Positions 22,439-34,572 of a stretch of DNA of 35,743 bases are shown in pieces. The number at the start of each line of letters is the position of its first letter. Within the stretch, counting starts at the first letter, position 1. The notes beneath the pieces were generated by a model. The model was not told the DNA's origin. It made no database searches and saw only the letters and a program-made list of their open reading frames with translations. Both the position numbers and the translations under genes were made by a program. Origin of the DNA: Octopus sinensis (lineage: Eukaryota); assembly GCF_006345805.1 (NCBI RefSeq), contig NW_021826269.1, positions 1-35,743 on the forward strand, given 5' to 3'.

Positions 22439-22586
22439 CTCTATATATATATATATACGATGGGCTTCTTTCAGTTTCCGTCTACTAAATCCACTCACAA
22501 AGCTTTGGTCGGCCCGAGGTTATAGAAGACACTCGCCCAAGGTGCCACACAGTGGGACTGAACCCGGAACCATGTGGTTGGTAAGC
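22150..22586 (-). mobile_element. SINE family B, head slightly truncated
   Basis: Reverse complement matches family B head, internal microsatellite and tail. Confidence 0.8.
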
Positions 22587-22774
22587 ATGTATATATATAT
22601 ATACATGCATATATTGGTACAGGACGTCACCAACAGTAAACAACATGAAATACGAAAGCAAATGAGTTCGATAAGCAAACAACGAGAGAAATAAATGGGA
22701 AACAGGACAAGTAACATAAAGAACGACCCTTCATCAGTTGTCGGCTGTCCTTCTACTCTTCATTTCCACCATTG

Positions 22775-22996
22775 ATACACACATACATACATGCATACAT
22801 GCATACATGCATACATACATGCATACATACATACATATACATACATACATACATACATACATACATACGTACGTACATACATACATACATACATACATAC
22901 ATACATACATACATACATACATACGTACATACATACATACATACATACATACATACATACATACATACATACATACATACATACATACATACATAC
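22775..22996. repeat. (TACA)n microsatellite
   Basis: Directly visible. Confidence 0.95.
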
Positions 22997-23780
22997 TGAA
23001 GATATCACCTACATCGTAACCAGTTGTCCGAAAATGTTATCGTGGTATTATCTACCGATGAGACATGACGTTGTAGCCAGGACACTCTACAATGAAATCG
23101 GTCGGAAGGATAATCCCGACGAGAAAGAAATAAAAGCGCACAATATAGTAGAAGCCATAGCCACTCATAGTGAAAAGGAATACTTGTTGAATGTACCAAT
23201 GAGGACCTCAATAAAATGTAAGTACAACATACCTGATATAATGATTTGGGAAAGGGAAGAGAAACTGTGCACATTTGCGGAAATTACCTTGCCCAGCGGA
23301 TGTTAACATAAAGCTGAAGATCAATGCAAAAGAGAACACCTATGCTAAACTATTGAGAAATCTGCTGTTACTCTATCCAGATTACAAGTTCAGGTTTATA
23401 CCTGTAATTACTGGAGCGCTGGAATATGTAATACACTGCCTTAATACCAATCTCTCAGAAAGGAGAAAGCTGATTCGAAGACTACAGATCCAATCCATCA
23501 CTGGAACTGTAAAATCTGTAAAACTTTCCAGAAATTTATTATTTAAATATATATGAGCATGTTTAGATATGCATCTATATGCATGAGAATACATACATAA
23601 AACAAACAAGTCTGCACATACATACATGCATGCGTACATACATGCATACATATATACATACATACATACAAAAATACCTGTTGTTGATGTTGAAATTTCC
23701 ATGAAGGAACCTTGTATCTAAGTTAGAAACCGGTTCTTTTTCTAATAGCAAGAAATCTTGAAATAAACTGAATAATGACA
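22997..23780 (+). mobile_element. 3' fragment of an RLE-type non-LTR retrotransposon (R4/Dong-like)
   Basis: EDITYIVTSCPK..YYLPMRHDVVA (end of CCHC plus RHD motif), NIPDIMIW..EI, KENTYAKL, FIPVITGAL: PD-(D/E)xK restriction-like endonuclease layout; frameshift near 23290; stop 23556; 3' UTR. Confidence 0.8.
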
Positions 23781-23830
23781 TGTACACATACATACATACA
23801 TACATACATACATACATAAATACATACAAA

Positions 23831-24116
23831 CCATCGCTGGAACTGAAGAAATCTGTAAAACTTTCCGGAAGTTTTATCATTTAAGTATATCTACGCATGC
23901 TTAGACATGCAACTAGATGCATGAGAATACATACATAAAACAAAACATACAAATCTGAACATGAGCTAACTCAAATACTGCATGTATACATACACACATG
24001 CTAAAATACCCCGTTTATGTTATTGAAATTTCAATGAAGGAACCTTGGATCTAGGTTAGAAACCGGCTCTATCTCCATTGGCAAGAAATCTTGAGATTAA
24101 AAATGGGATAATGACA
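23831..24116 (+). mobile_element. Second, shorter 3'-end copy of the same RLE element in tandem
   Basis: Homologous to 23495-23780 (ctggaactg..aaatctgtaaaactttcc, gcatgagaatacatacataaaacaaa, atgaaggaacctt, gcaagaaatcttga). Confidence 0.8.
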
Positions 24117-24122
24117 TACATA

Positions 24123-24652
24123 GGAAGTGGCTCCTATGGCTTCTGATCTTAACTAATTGGAAATGTTAACATGTACATGTTTTGCTTTGATACTAAAGAT
24201 GAGCTACAGAGTTTTCTTCTGAATACAACAGATTTACTTGTCAGCTGCTTGGCCTTAACCAGTTCAATATATCCCTTAATGGCTGACGATATGTTCATCT
24301 CTGATCAAGAGGAGGAATAGTGGTGAGGTATCATACACATGTGTCAAGAGGGATTCTTTGGGGTTCGAATAATTCACCTCTGGAAACTTAGGTGTTTCGT
24401 TCGTCATCCTTAAGCAACCCTAAGCCAAGGAACGTTTGAGCAAGATGGGCTACTAGACCTGAAGAAAATTTTAACTGGATCCCACCTGCAAGGTCATGCG
24501 CTGTTTATATTGATATGAAGTCAGCATGTCGCACACATATAGTTGTGTTGTCTCTGCCTGGTGTAACCTTATCAGACGGGTTGTCATGATGGGTCTATTG
24601 GGCTTCGTATATTTGTACCCCAGTGTCACATTGATGTCGAGTGTTGCTCTCA
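24123..24652 (+). mobile_element. Retroposon family E
   Basis: Homologous to the reverse complement of 10373-10918; followed by (AAT)n and (GAA)n. Confidence 0.8.
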
Positions 24653-24669
24653 ATAATAATAATAACAAC

Positions 24670-24767
<98 letters not shown>

Positions 24768-25132
24768 AAGAAGAAGAAGAAGAAGAAGAAGAATGAAAAT
24801 AATACAAAAAATGTGTATGTGCGTGTGTATGAATGTAGCCATGTATATCTATGACTCTGACAAAAGTAGCATCAAACTTTTAGGTCGTTCAAATTTTCTC
24901 AATGAATCAATGGACTGATTGAGTAAACCAGTAACTACTACTGGAAACAGCTGTATGTCAAATTTACTGCAAGAAAAAATATATATAGTGACCATTATTT
25001 ACACCTTATCTTGTTTCTCTCTAACCCTCTCCCCCTCTCTCTCTCAGTCTCTCCACCCCTCTCTCTCTCTCTACACACACACACGTATATATAGTATTAC
25101 TTGATAGTAGGAAATGGATTTCGTATCTGACT

Positions 25133-25190
25133 TTTATTAGCTACAATATGTTTCGACCCATCAGTCAAGGTCTCTTCAGGTACTCTACTC
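25133..25190 (-). ncRNA. Candidate minimal type I hammerhead ribozyme motif (Penelope-like remnant)
   Basis: Reverse complement: gtac-CTGAAGA-gacct-tgactgat-gggtc-GAAA-catatt-GTA-gct-aataaa; canonical core and stem II, short stem III, weak stem I. Confidence 0.45.
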
Positions 25191-25329
25191 AACATTATAC
25201 ATATTCATCGAATTATACGTACTTCTCCAAATTATTTATTATGTATATATAGGGGGGTGCGCGCATAGACATACTTGTGTATGCAAACACATATTTAAAA
25301 TATATAAATATACATACGTATACTTATTC

Positions 25330-25508
25330 GTGATAGATACACATATACAAACGCATATGCATATATACATATATACATATATACATACATACATACATAG
25401 AGAGAGAGAGAGAGAGAGAGATAGATAGATAGATAGATAGATACATACATACATACATACATACATACATACATACATACATACATACATACATACATAC
25501 ATAGATAT

Positions 25509-25573
<65 letters not shown>

Positions 25574-25828
25574 GAAGATAGATAGATAGATAGATAGATA
25601 GATATACGTACACGCACATTACTATTCAATAACAAAACATATTTCGGATAATATGCATGCACGCATGTGACATATGTGTATACATATACACATACACGCA
25701 CATACATACATACATACATACATACATACATACCCACACACACGCACATATATATATGTATATATATATACACACATACATACATGCGCACACACACATA
25801 CATACACACACATACATACATATACACA

Positions 25829-25867
<39 letters not shown>

Positions 25868-25982
25868 GTACACATACATACACACATACATATATATATA
25901 TATAGACATACATATATGTATACATATATACATGTATATATACGCATACATATATATATATATATATATATATACGTATACA

Positions 25983-26015
<33 letters not shown>
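25330..26015. repeat. Compound (GA)n/(GATA)n/(TACA)n/(TA)n microsatellite block
   Basis: Directly visible. Confidence 0.9.
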
Positions 26016-26379
26016 CCTCTCTATTCGACTTATGAAATCTTTTAAAGTTTGCACGTGTCTAGCAAGTGCAACTGGTGTTCTTCGAATCCGGCTTCGCCAC
26101 CACTACCGCCACCACCACCACCACTTTACCGTGGTGGCGGCAGCAGCGGCGGAGGTGGTGGCGGTTGCATTGTTTATGCTGGCGGTCGTGGTGGCTGTGA
26201 TCCTGATGTTTTGTTTGTCGTGTTTGAGGTGGGTGTGGTTGTGGTAGTGATAATGGTAGTAGTAGCGGTGGTTGTCGTATTGGTTGTAGTGCTGGTGGTA
26301 GACGTGTGACATATTTCGACCGAATGTGTCTGTGCGCAAGTATATAACATATATATATGAATGTGTTTGCGTGTGTGTC

Positions 26380-26453
<74 letters not shown>

Positions 26454-26788
26454 TGTATGTATGTATGATGTATGTGTGTGTGTGTTTGTGTGCGTGTATG
26501 TGTGTTTGTGTGTGTATGTATATTTATATATAGATACGTACACTGCATTATACATACCAACATTTTTCCGCTCATATATGATATCAACACCCCCTCTTGT
26601 TGCTGTACCCCCTGCAACGAATCTTTTCTCACTTCATACACACTCACACACACGCCCACATGTACACACCCACCTAAACACACACACATATACATATACA
26701 TAATACATACATACATACATATATGTATATATATAAATATATGTACATATACACATATACATATAGATATATATATATATATATACAT

Positions 26789-26820
<32 letters not shown>

Positions 26821-26964
26821 GTATGTATGTATATATATATATTCGAAAACAAACACATGGTATCCAGACGAAACAGAGATTCTAACCACAGTAGTCAGTT
26901 ACCGCCACGAAGACAATTCCTCACCCACCCCAATCCAGCCTCCCGACATTGCTATCTATCTGAA

Positions 26965-27018
<54 letters not shown>

Positions 27019-27156
27019 TCTCTCTCTCTCTCTCTACCTCTCTACTTCTCTACCTCTCTTACTGTCTCACTCTCTCTCTCTCTCACACATACACTCTGTC
27101 TGTCTGTCTGTCTCTCTCTTTTTCTCTCTCACTTGCTCGCTATATATATATATATC

Positions 27157-27206
<50 letters not shown>

Positions 27207-27207
27207 T

Positions 27208-27238
<31 letters not shown>

Positions 27239-27265
27239 CAGATATATGCATGTATGTATAGATAA

Positions 27266-27296
<31 letters not shown>

Positions 27297-27698
27297 CATA
27301 CATACATACATACATACATACATACATACATACATACATACATACATACATACATACTGGCACACCGCGTTGTTCCACGTTGAATGACAACATTGGTGTT
27401 ACTGCTTGGCTGGAGGTAATATCTCAAAGTTGGTCCCAAAATAACATGTTGTTTCAAGGTCATTAGCAAAGGTAGAAGGAAAGCTTTAATCCACACAGGT
27501 GTGTAATCGAAAAATCATCTTTTTATGGCTCTTGTTATTGTTGTGATTAGAGCTCTCTAACTTTGCCAAAACCAGATTTCAAAAACCGCCATTCTAGCAT
27601 GCCATTATTAAAACATTAAATAAATTGAATAGAATGAAATAAACTACAGCCTACCACAGGTCTGCTGATCACATTGGCTCAGGAACAGGGGGTACAGG

Positions 27699-27849
27699 CA
27701 CTAACGTAGCTAGGCGGGGGTTGGGCGGTAGGGGCGGTTCGCCCCGGGCGGCACATTTGGGTCTGCTGTAGGCAATATGTGTTTTTAATGGGGTCAGGGC
27801 GCAAATGGAAGGGCCGCCCCGGGCGGTACACACTCTAGCTACGCTAGTG
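27699..27849. mobile_element. 151-bp GC-rich MITE, probably hAT-type
   Basis: 15-bp TIRs cactaacgtagctag / ctagctacgctagtg (one mismatch); flanks ggtacagg / gttacaga (6 of 8 match, eroded 8-bp TSD); internal cgccccgggcgg occurs twice. Confidence 0.7.
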
Positions 27850-28025
27850 GTTACAGAGAGTGCAATGGAACCCCGATGTTTTTGGTGGAGGGCAATGAAA
27901 ATACTTTGAACATCCTCCTGAAAAACTTCATCACGAAAATGAACGAGCGTAGAAATATTTATGGGCAGATTTAACGATTACTTTTTGATTAATGGAATTA
28001 GCTAATTCGATTGATGTACGAATAT

Positions 28026-28166
28026 AGTCCTTTCTACTGGAAGTACAAGGCCTTAATTTATCGACCCCGAAGGGATGAAAGGCATTTGGTCTCAGAAAGC
28101 AGCGACGAGCGAAATACCGCTAAGTAGTTCATCCAGTATGCTAACGATTCTGCCAGTTCGCCGCCT
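28026..28166 (-). mobile_element. SINE family C, internally deleted, with 15-bp TSD
   Basis: Reverse complement head ggcggcgaactggcagaatcgttagc; ttgatgtac(g/a)aatat at 28011-28025 and 28167-28181. Confidence 0.75.
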
Positions 28167-28964
28167 TTGATGTACAAATATTATAATAATTATTTTCACC
28201 CGCTAAGTAACTTTCGTTCCTACACTTATGACTGATCACCTTGTTTTCCCTTCTTAAATTGCTTTAAATCATTGATTAGAAAAATAGAGTTTATAGTTTT
28301 TCCGTAGCCTTCACAACAATTAGTAGTTATCTTCAGTTCATTTACTTCGACTGAAAATTAAACAGCAGAGTAAAGGGGTTTATGAATCTGGCCGCAAAAA
28401 ACCCCTTTGTATGATGATATTGAGGATAAAACTTTATTTTATCTCTTCTGATTTTTATTGGCATATTATTAAATACAGCCCGGTCATTAGTAACTATTGG
28501 TAAATGCGATGGTATGTTCGAACAACGTTGAGGTTATAATAGAAGAGCTGAAAGGTTTACTGAGGTAAACCTTTGGGCTCAACAATTTCCAACTATCGGA
28601 CAAAAACCACTTGTATTTCTCATGTCAAACCATATCGATTAGCCAATAAGAATAACAGAGTATTCACAGTTTCATGTGGTTGACTGCAAGGACCATACTT
28701 TTGTTACCTTTATGGTCATTTTACATGGAGGCAAAAACTCAGTTACTAAAAGCTAAACCTATCGTTTCTGACCAGTAAATCTTAAATGGGGGCAACAATC
28801 GGCAGAAGGTACTGAATCTTATACGTCTAGCAAGCGATCACATTAAGAAACTTTTATTATTGACATTTTACTGACCTTGTTGATTTCGCCCTTCTTTTAG
28901 TTCCATCTAGAAACAGACGTACAGTTTACCGTTTCATCCCTGTATTGTCTCCGCAGCATTGTTT

Positions 28965-30075
28965 ATGGGCAGATGTCCACAGCTCTGCTAAATCAAGAGC
29001 TCAGCTGTTTTGCCAAGGTTTTAGCCAAAAGGTGAGCGCTTGTCCTGGTCGATGTCCTGGTCGATGATGCACAAATGTACGCCACTCCAAAGAGATGTAG
29101 ATACGACAACCTTCATCTCACGCAATAAAACATAGAAAAGGTAGCTAAAGAATCTAGCATAGGAAGGGCCTTCTTCGATATGGATCCATCAAAGGCTTTC
29201 GATAAGGCCAACAGACAACACTTAGCAGCTATCCCCACAGTCGCTGGTTTCGGGCCCGTTTTCAGAGACAGAATTGCTGCAATGTTCAGCGACATCTGAT
29301 CTATAGTCAGAGTAAATGGTCACCTATCGCAACCGTTCGGCCGATAAATGTTGCTTCATCTCACACCATCTAAATTTTCTGGTGCTAGATCCCCTTACTA
29401 TAGAAGGCAGTGATTTGAAGTGTGTCCTGAGAGAGTTAGGATGCGGAAGAACCGTGTCAGCATATACGATGACATAACTATAATAGCGTCGCTCGCTAAG
29501 TACATTAGGGTGATCAGCACTGCTCTAAGAGACTACAAAGTAGTAACAGGAACCAAAATTAACCAGGAAAAGTCACAGGGCCTGCAACTCGGCTCTTGTA
29601 GAAGAAGATTTATGTTACCTAACATCACAATCAAGCGCTGGGCGCACAGATCGGTGAAACTGTTCGCTGTCTGGTATTTTGGGACCAGACAGGTGGACAA
29701 AAATTGAGGCAAGGTGACGAACAGGGTAGCCAATCTCGCCCAGAAATGGGTTGAGAAGTTATCTCTGAAGAGCGTGGTGAAGGTGGCGAATGCTTACATC
29801 GTATCCGTCATCTACTACAACCTGGCTGTCAGACATTATCCTATTTGACACCTGAGCAGAATGGAGAGCTTGCTCTTCCGCTTTCTGTGGAGAAGATGGA
29901 TTTTGCTGTCAACATCCACTGTGTGGAGAACTGGGCATAATGTGGCTTATGATGTGCACATTTACGCTGAGGCTGCTATATTTCCAGTGTCTTCTTGATG
30001 GTGAGCAGTTATGGTCACCGTTTGTCAAACACGCATTACCGAACTTATTGCCGTCTTATCGGGCCTACAGTTTTT
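28965..30075 (+). mobile_element. L1/Tx1-like reverse-transcriptase pseudogene fragment
   Basis: FAKVLAKR, DMDPSKAFDK, VRVNGHLSQPF, VSIYDDITII (decayed YADD), VTGTKINQEKS, LLFRFLW, WLMM..LRL; many stops; related to 15967-17380. Confidence 0.8.
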
Positions 30076-30174
30076 GTATTCATTTTCATCTGACTGTAAT
30101 CATCCCGTTCCAGTGTTACCAGAATCAAACCTTCGGTCTCTTTCTTCAATACTCCCGTTTTCCTTTAATCAGAG

Positions 30175-30281
30175 CAATGTCGACTTCAGCGAAATTTGAA
30201 CTCAGAACTTAAAAAGCCGGAAGAAATGCAGCTAAGCATTTCGTCCGGCGCGGTAACGTTTCCCCCTATGCTCTCCGCCCT
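30175..30281 (-). mobile_element. SINE family C, 5' fragment
   Basis: gtcgacttcagcgaaatttgaactcagaac...taagcatttcgtccggcgcg matches the reverse complement of the C head. Confidence 0.6.
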
Positions 30282-30346
30282 AAACATATATAATATATAC
30301 AGATACATATATATGCATTAATATGTGCACACACACGCACACACAC

Positions 30347-30386
<40 letters not shown>

Positions 30387-30460
30387 TGTGTCAACATGTT
30401 TATATGCACACAGACAGACACAGACACATACATTTACACACATACTCACACACGCACGCG

Positions 30461-30493
<33 letters not shown>

Positions 30494-30736
30494 CACATAA
30501 TGACTGAGTAGAATTACATAATTTCAGGCGAGACTACAGGATATCGAATAGTCGGGACGAGGAATTGTCCGTTGATTCAATTGTCTCCTAGTAGGATCGA
30601 TAAATTCCATTATTGGCCACAGAGGTCAGAGTTCAGAGGGTAGCAAAAGGAAATTTATAAAATACAGGAATAAGTGTTGTCTGTCGAATATCGATATCAC
30701 ATATGGTGGCGGCCATAACACGTGACATGGGGAGGT

Positions 30737-30749
30737 CGCCACCTGGTGG
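30737..30749 (-). promoter_or_regulatory. CTCF-like motif
   Basis: Reverse complement CCACCAGGTGGCG closely matches the bilaterian CTCF core; sequence match only. Confidence 0.3.
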
Positions 30750-30784
30750 ATAGTTGGTAGCAGAAGGGATGGGATGCGTATATA

Positions 30785-30818
<34 letters not shown>

Positions 30819-31374
30819 CTCGCGCGCGTGCGCACAAAGACATACACACATACACCACACACACACACACAGACACGTACATACACCTACATACACACAT
30901 ACTCGGCATACAGCATACACGCACACATATTTAAACGCAAACTCACATGTGTACACACGTATACGATATTCAAAAGCGCACGCACACACATACACACATA
31001 CACACTTACACACACACACAACACACACACACACACACACACACAAACTCTCATACACACGCATTGATGCACATACACACACATAGACACGCACACTCAC
31101 ATACGCAACATACACGACATATGCATATACACGCACACACGACATACGCACACACATGCACACACACACACAAACATACGCACACACGCACACACACACA
31201 TATATGACATACGCACATACATATATACACATGCACACAAACACACATGCACACGACATTCACGCACATCTTACGAATCATCGAGAGAAAGGTTCTATGT
31301 GGACACACAATATGCTAGAAATAGCAGCTAAATCGCCATCAAAACACACGCCTAAAAAGCCTTTAAATATAATT

Positions 31375-31673
31375 CTGCCCATTATAGGCACAAGGCCTGA
31401 AATTTTAAGGGGAGGGGCCAGTCGATTATCCGGACCCCAGTGCTTGACTGTTACTTATTTCATCGACCCTGAAAAATGAATGGCATAAACCACCTTGATG
31501 TAAATTTGATGGTAGCTATATAAACAATAAGGGCTTAAAATTTTAGCACGAGGCCAGCAATTTTAGGTGGGACGTGGTAAGTTGATTACATCGATGTCAT
31601 TTCTCAAATTTACCATAAATTTACGCCAAGATGGTCTTTGCCTTTCATTTTTCAGGGTCGATGAAATAAGTAA
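31375..31673. mobile_element. Rearranged SINE C fragments with a ~63-bp inverted duplication
   Basis: 31451-31514 is the imperfect reverse complement of 31611-31673. Confidence 0.65.
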
Positions 31674-32966
31674 TTATCCACTCCTTGACTCTCTTCTCCC
31701 ACTACTACAACAGTTACTGCTCCTCCGAAATCTCAAATAATGAACCGTCTGAAACATCCATTCACTAACACATTACTATCACCGACACACTACCCCCTCA
31801 CTCACTCATAGTTAAATCAGTTATAATATTAATACTGCATGACAGCACAAAAATAATAGTAATAATAGTTCGTGTAAAGTGATATTCAGCACGTTCGAGC
31901 TCATTCGGACGTCAGAAGACCTTTCACTGCGGAGGAAGTCCCGAGAAAAGTTCTTATTTTTAACATGATGATTTGCGAATGACCTTAGTGAATCGTAAGA
32001 CGTATGTATTTCTGTGTCATTTTACTTTGTCAGCCACGAACACCAAATATGTTCAAACACTGCACGAATAATAATAATATGGTTTCATTGCCCAGCGCGC
32101 ATCTCGGACACTCAAGCCTGACGGCATTTCTGTGCCAGTAGAGTTTGTTTCGAAGCAGTAGTAACCGGGAATGTCCCTCGGTAACACTAACTTACCAAGG
32201 ATTTCTGGAAGTTAACAACAATTGTTATCGGCACGAAAGCCTTCCCCCATAACAGACCAGCGAATTCGCCCTCTGTGGCGCCTAGAGTTCTTCAAGGAGG
32301 TAATCGCTCTAACCCACTCCTACCCCACTACATATTGCAAAACTGGAACTTACGCTGCCCACATTGCCCAAATGTTAGAGGCTGATGAATGTCTGATGAT
32401 ATTCCTGATACCAGACACCCAATGTTGGACTTTTCTACACTCAGGACTGCAGCTCCATCAAAGAGACGAGATGTTGAAATATATGCCTTACAAACGGAAG
32501 CCATGGATGCTAACCTTCCAAAAATCTCTGTATATTGCAAATCACCAGTGCGTGTCGACTCATCAGCAACCATGTCACGACGAGCCCGCCTTCCAAATGG
32601 ACCTCTTGGCCAGTGAATTGTGTCCCCTCCACAGAAAGCAGACAAACCGAAATTCAATAATATTATTTCTAACATGAACAAAGTATCTCAAATTTGAGTC
32701 GGGGGCGGCGAATTAGTGAATTAAATTGACCCCAGTAAGGTGTTACTTTATTTTATCTCTCCTAGAGTCAGGGCAGGCAAGGCTGCTTTAGTAAGGCATG
32801 GACTCAGAAAAAAAGAGTAAAAGAAAAAAAAGTCGGAACAAGACAGCAATACAATTAATCCCACGTTCTAACGGTTCTGCTAATTCACCACTACCACTAC
32901 AATCCCACCATTACCACCACCACCACCACCATCACCACCACCACCAACAACAACAACAACAAAAAC

Positions 32967-32997
<31 letters not shown>

Positions 32998-33002
32998 TAA
33001 TA

Positions 33003-33039
<37 letters not shown>

Positions 33040-33040
<1 letters not shown>

Positions 33041-33613
33041 TCACCTACTAAGGGGCATGCTCAACTGGTTTAGGTCAACCAACTGACAAGCAAATCTGTA
33101 GTATTGAGCAGAATGTTTGCTGTACCCATATTTTTTTTCTTGGTATAAAAGATGAGCTACAGCAAATATTTTGCTCAATACCACAGATTTGCTTGTCAAT
33201 TTCTTAAACTTGACCAGTTGAGCGTGTCCCTTAGTGACCGACGATATGTGCCTCTCTGATCACGAGCAGAAGTGGTGGTAGAGCATCATAGCCATGTGTT
33301 GAAAGAAATTCTTTGGGGTTTGAATAACTCACCCCTGGAAACATGGGTGTTGGGTACATCATCCTTAAACAAACCTTATTCAATGACCTTTTGAGCAGGA
33401 TGGGCTACTCAACCTGAAGAACATTCTAACTGGGCCCAACCTGCTAGGTCATGTGCAGTTTATTTTGATATGAGATCACCATGTCGCGTACATATGGCTG
33501 TGATGTATGTACCTGATGTACCCTTATAAGACGGGTAGTCATGATGGGTATACTGGGCTTCGTAAATTTGTACCCTAGTGTCACTTTGATGGCATACGCT
33601 GCTCTCTCACTCA
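33040..33613 (+). mobile_element. Retroposon family E with an inverted duplication of its 5' end
   Basis: 33040-33134 is the imperfect reverse complement of 33147-33242; the rest is collinear with 24190-24652. Confidence 0.8.
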
Positions 33614-33799
33614 AGAAGATGAAGCAGAAGAAGAAGAAGAAGAAGAAGAAGAAGAAGAAGAGTAAGCTCGAATGAGAGATTATTTTTTGTGGCTAATGGC
33701 GTGAGCCCTGACTGGAAGAAGAAGAAGAAGAAGAAGAAGAAGAAGAGAGGAAAGGGAGGAGGAGGCGGAGAGGAAGTAGAAGAAGGAGGAGGAGAAGAA

Positions 33800-33830
<31 letters not shown>

Positions 33831-33868
33831 AAGAAGAAGAAGAAGAAGAAGAAGAAGAAGAAGAAGAA

Positions 33869-34068
33869 TGGTTTCAAATTTTGGCACAAAGCCAGCAATT
33901 TCGGGTGAGGGGTAAGGTCGATTTTATCGACTCCAGTGCATCACTGGTACTTATTTTATCGACCCCGAAAGGATGAAAGGCAAAATTGACTCCAGCGGAA
34001 TTTGAACTCACAGAGTACGAAACGCCGCTAGGCATTTTGACCGACGTGCTGACGATTCTACCAGCTCG
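33869..34068 (-). mobile_element. SINE family C
   Basis: actggtacttattttatcgaccccgaaaggatgaaaggcaaa...gaatttgaactc. Confidence 0.75.
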
Positions 34069-34074
34069 AATAAT

Positions 34075-34336
34075 AGTCGCATCCCCATTTGAAAGAAACA
34101 ACATCGCTGAAAATGTCTGAGAAATTACGAAAATATTGGAAGCTGGAGATACATATATAAGAAAAATGTGGCATCACAATGCAACAACCTTTCCGATTAT
34201 TACCGGGAAATATGTAATGATATCGAAAGAATCAAGCAAATATGTAGACCAAATTCCTGACAGCCCCAAAATGGGTGAATTGCAAAAGAGCCTAGTTATG
34301 GGTTCCCACATATTTTATGTAAATTCCTCGCCATGT
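34075..34336 (+). mobile_element. Decayed C-terminal fragment of an RLE-type LINE
   Basis: EKLRKYWKLEI..KMWHHNATTFPIITG..KYVDQIP..ELQKSLVMGSHI matches the K..KY..L..E...MW...PIIIG...QK..LLG..HIL pattern of R4/Dong-type C-termini. Confidence 0.55.
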
Positions 34337-34396
34337 AAAGAATCTTATACGTTCAGTTTTATTAGGAATTCTATAACGAGAACTTTTTTTATGTGT

Positions 34397-34541
34397 GTGG
34401 CTGTGTGGTAAGTAGCTTGCTTACGAGCCACATGGTTCGGGTTCAGTCCCACTGCGTGGCACGTTGTGCAAGTGTCTTCGGGCCGACCAAAGCATTGTGA
34501 GTGGATTTGGTAGACGGGAACTGAAAGAAGCCCGTCGTATA

Positions 34542-34572
<31 letters not shown>

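Noticed and set aside
22700-22760. CTGATGA on the minus strand
   Set aside because: No properly placed stem II plus GAAA downstream.
26085-26165. Pro/Gly-rich ORF and (CCA)n/(TGG)n hairpin
   Set aside because: Explained by adjacent complementary trinucleotide tracts; no coding evidence.
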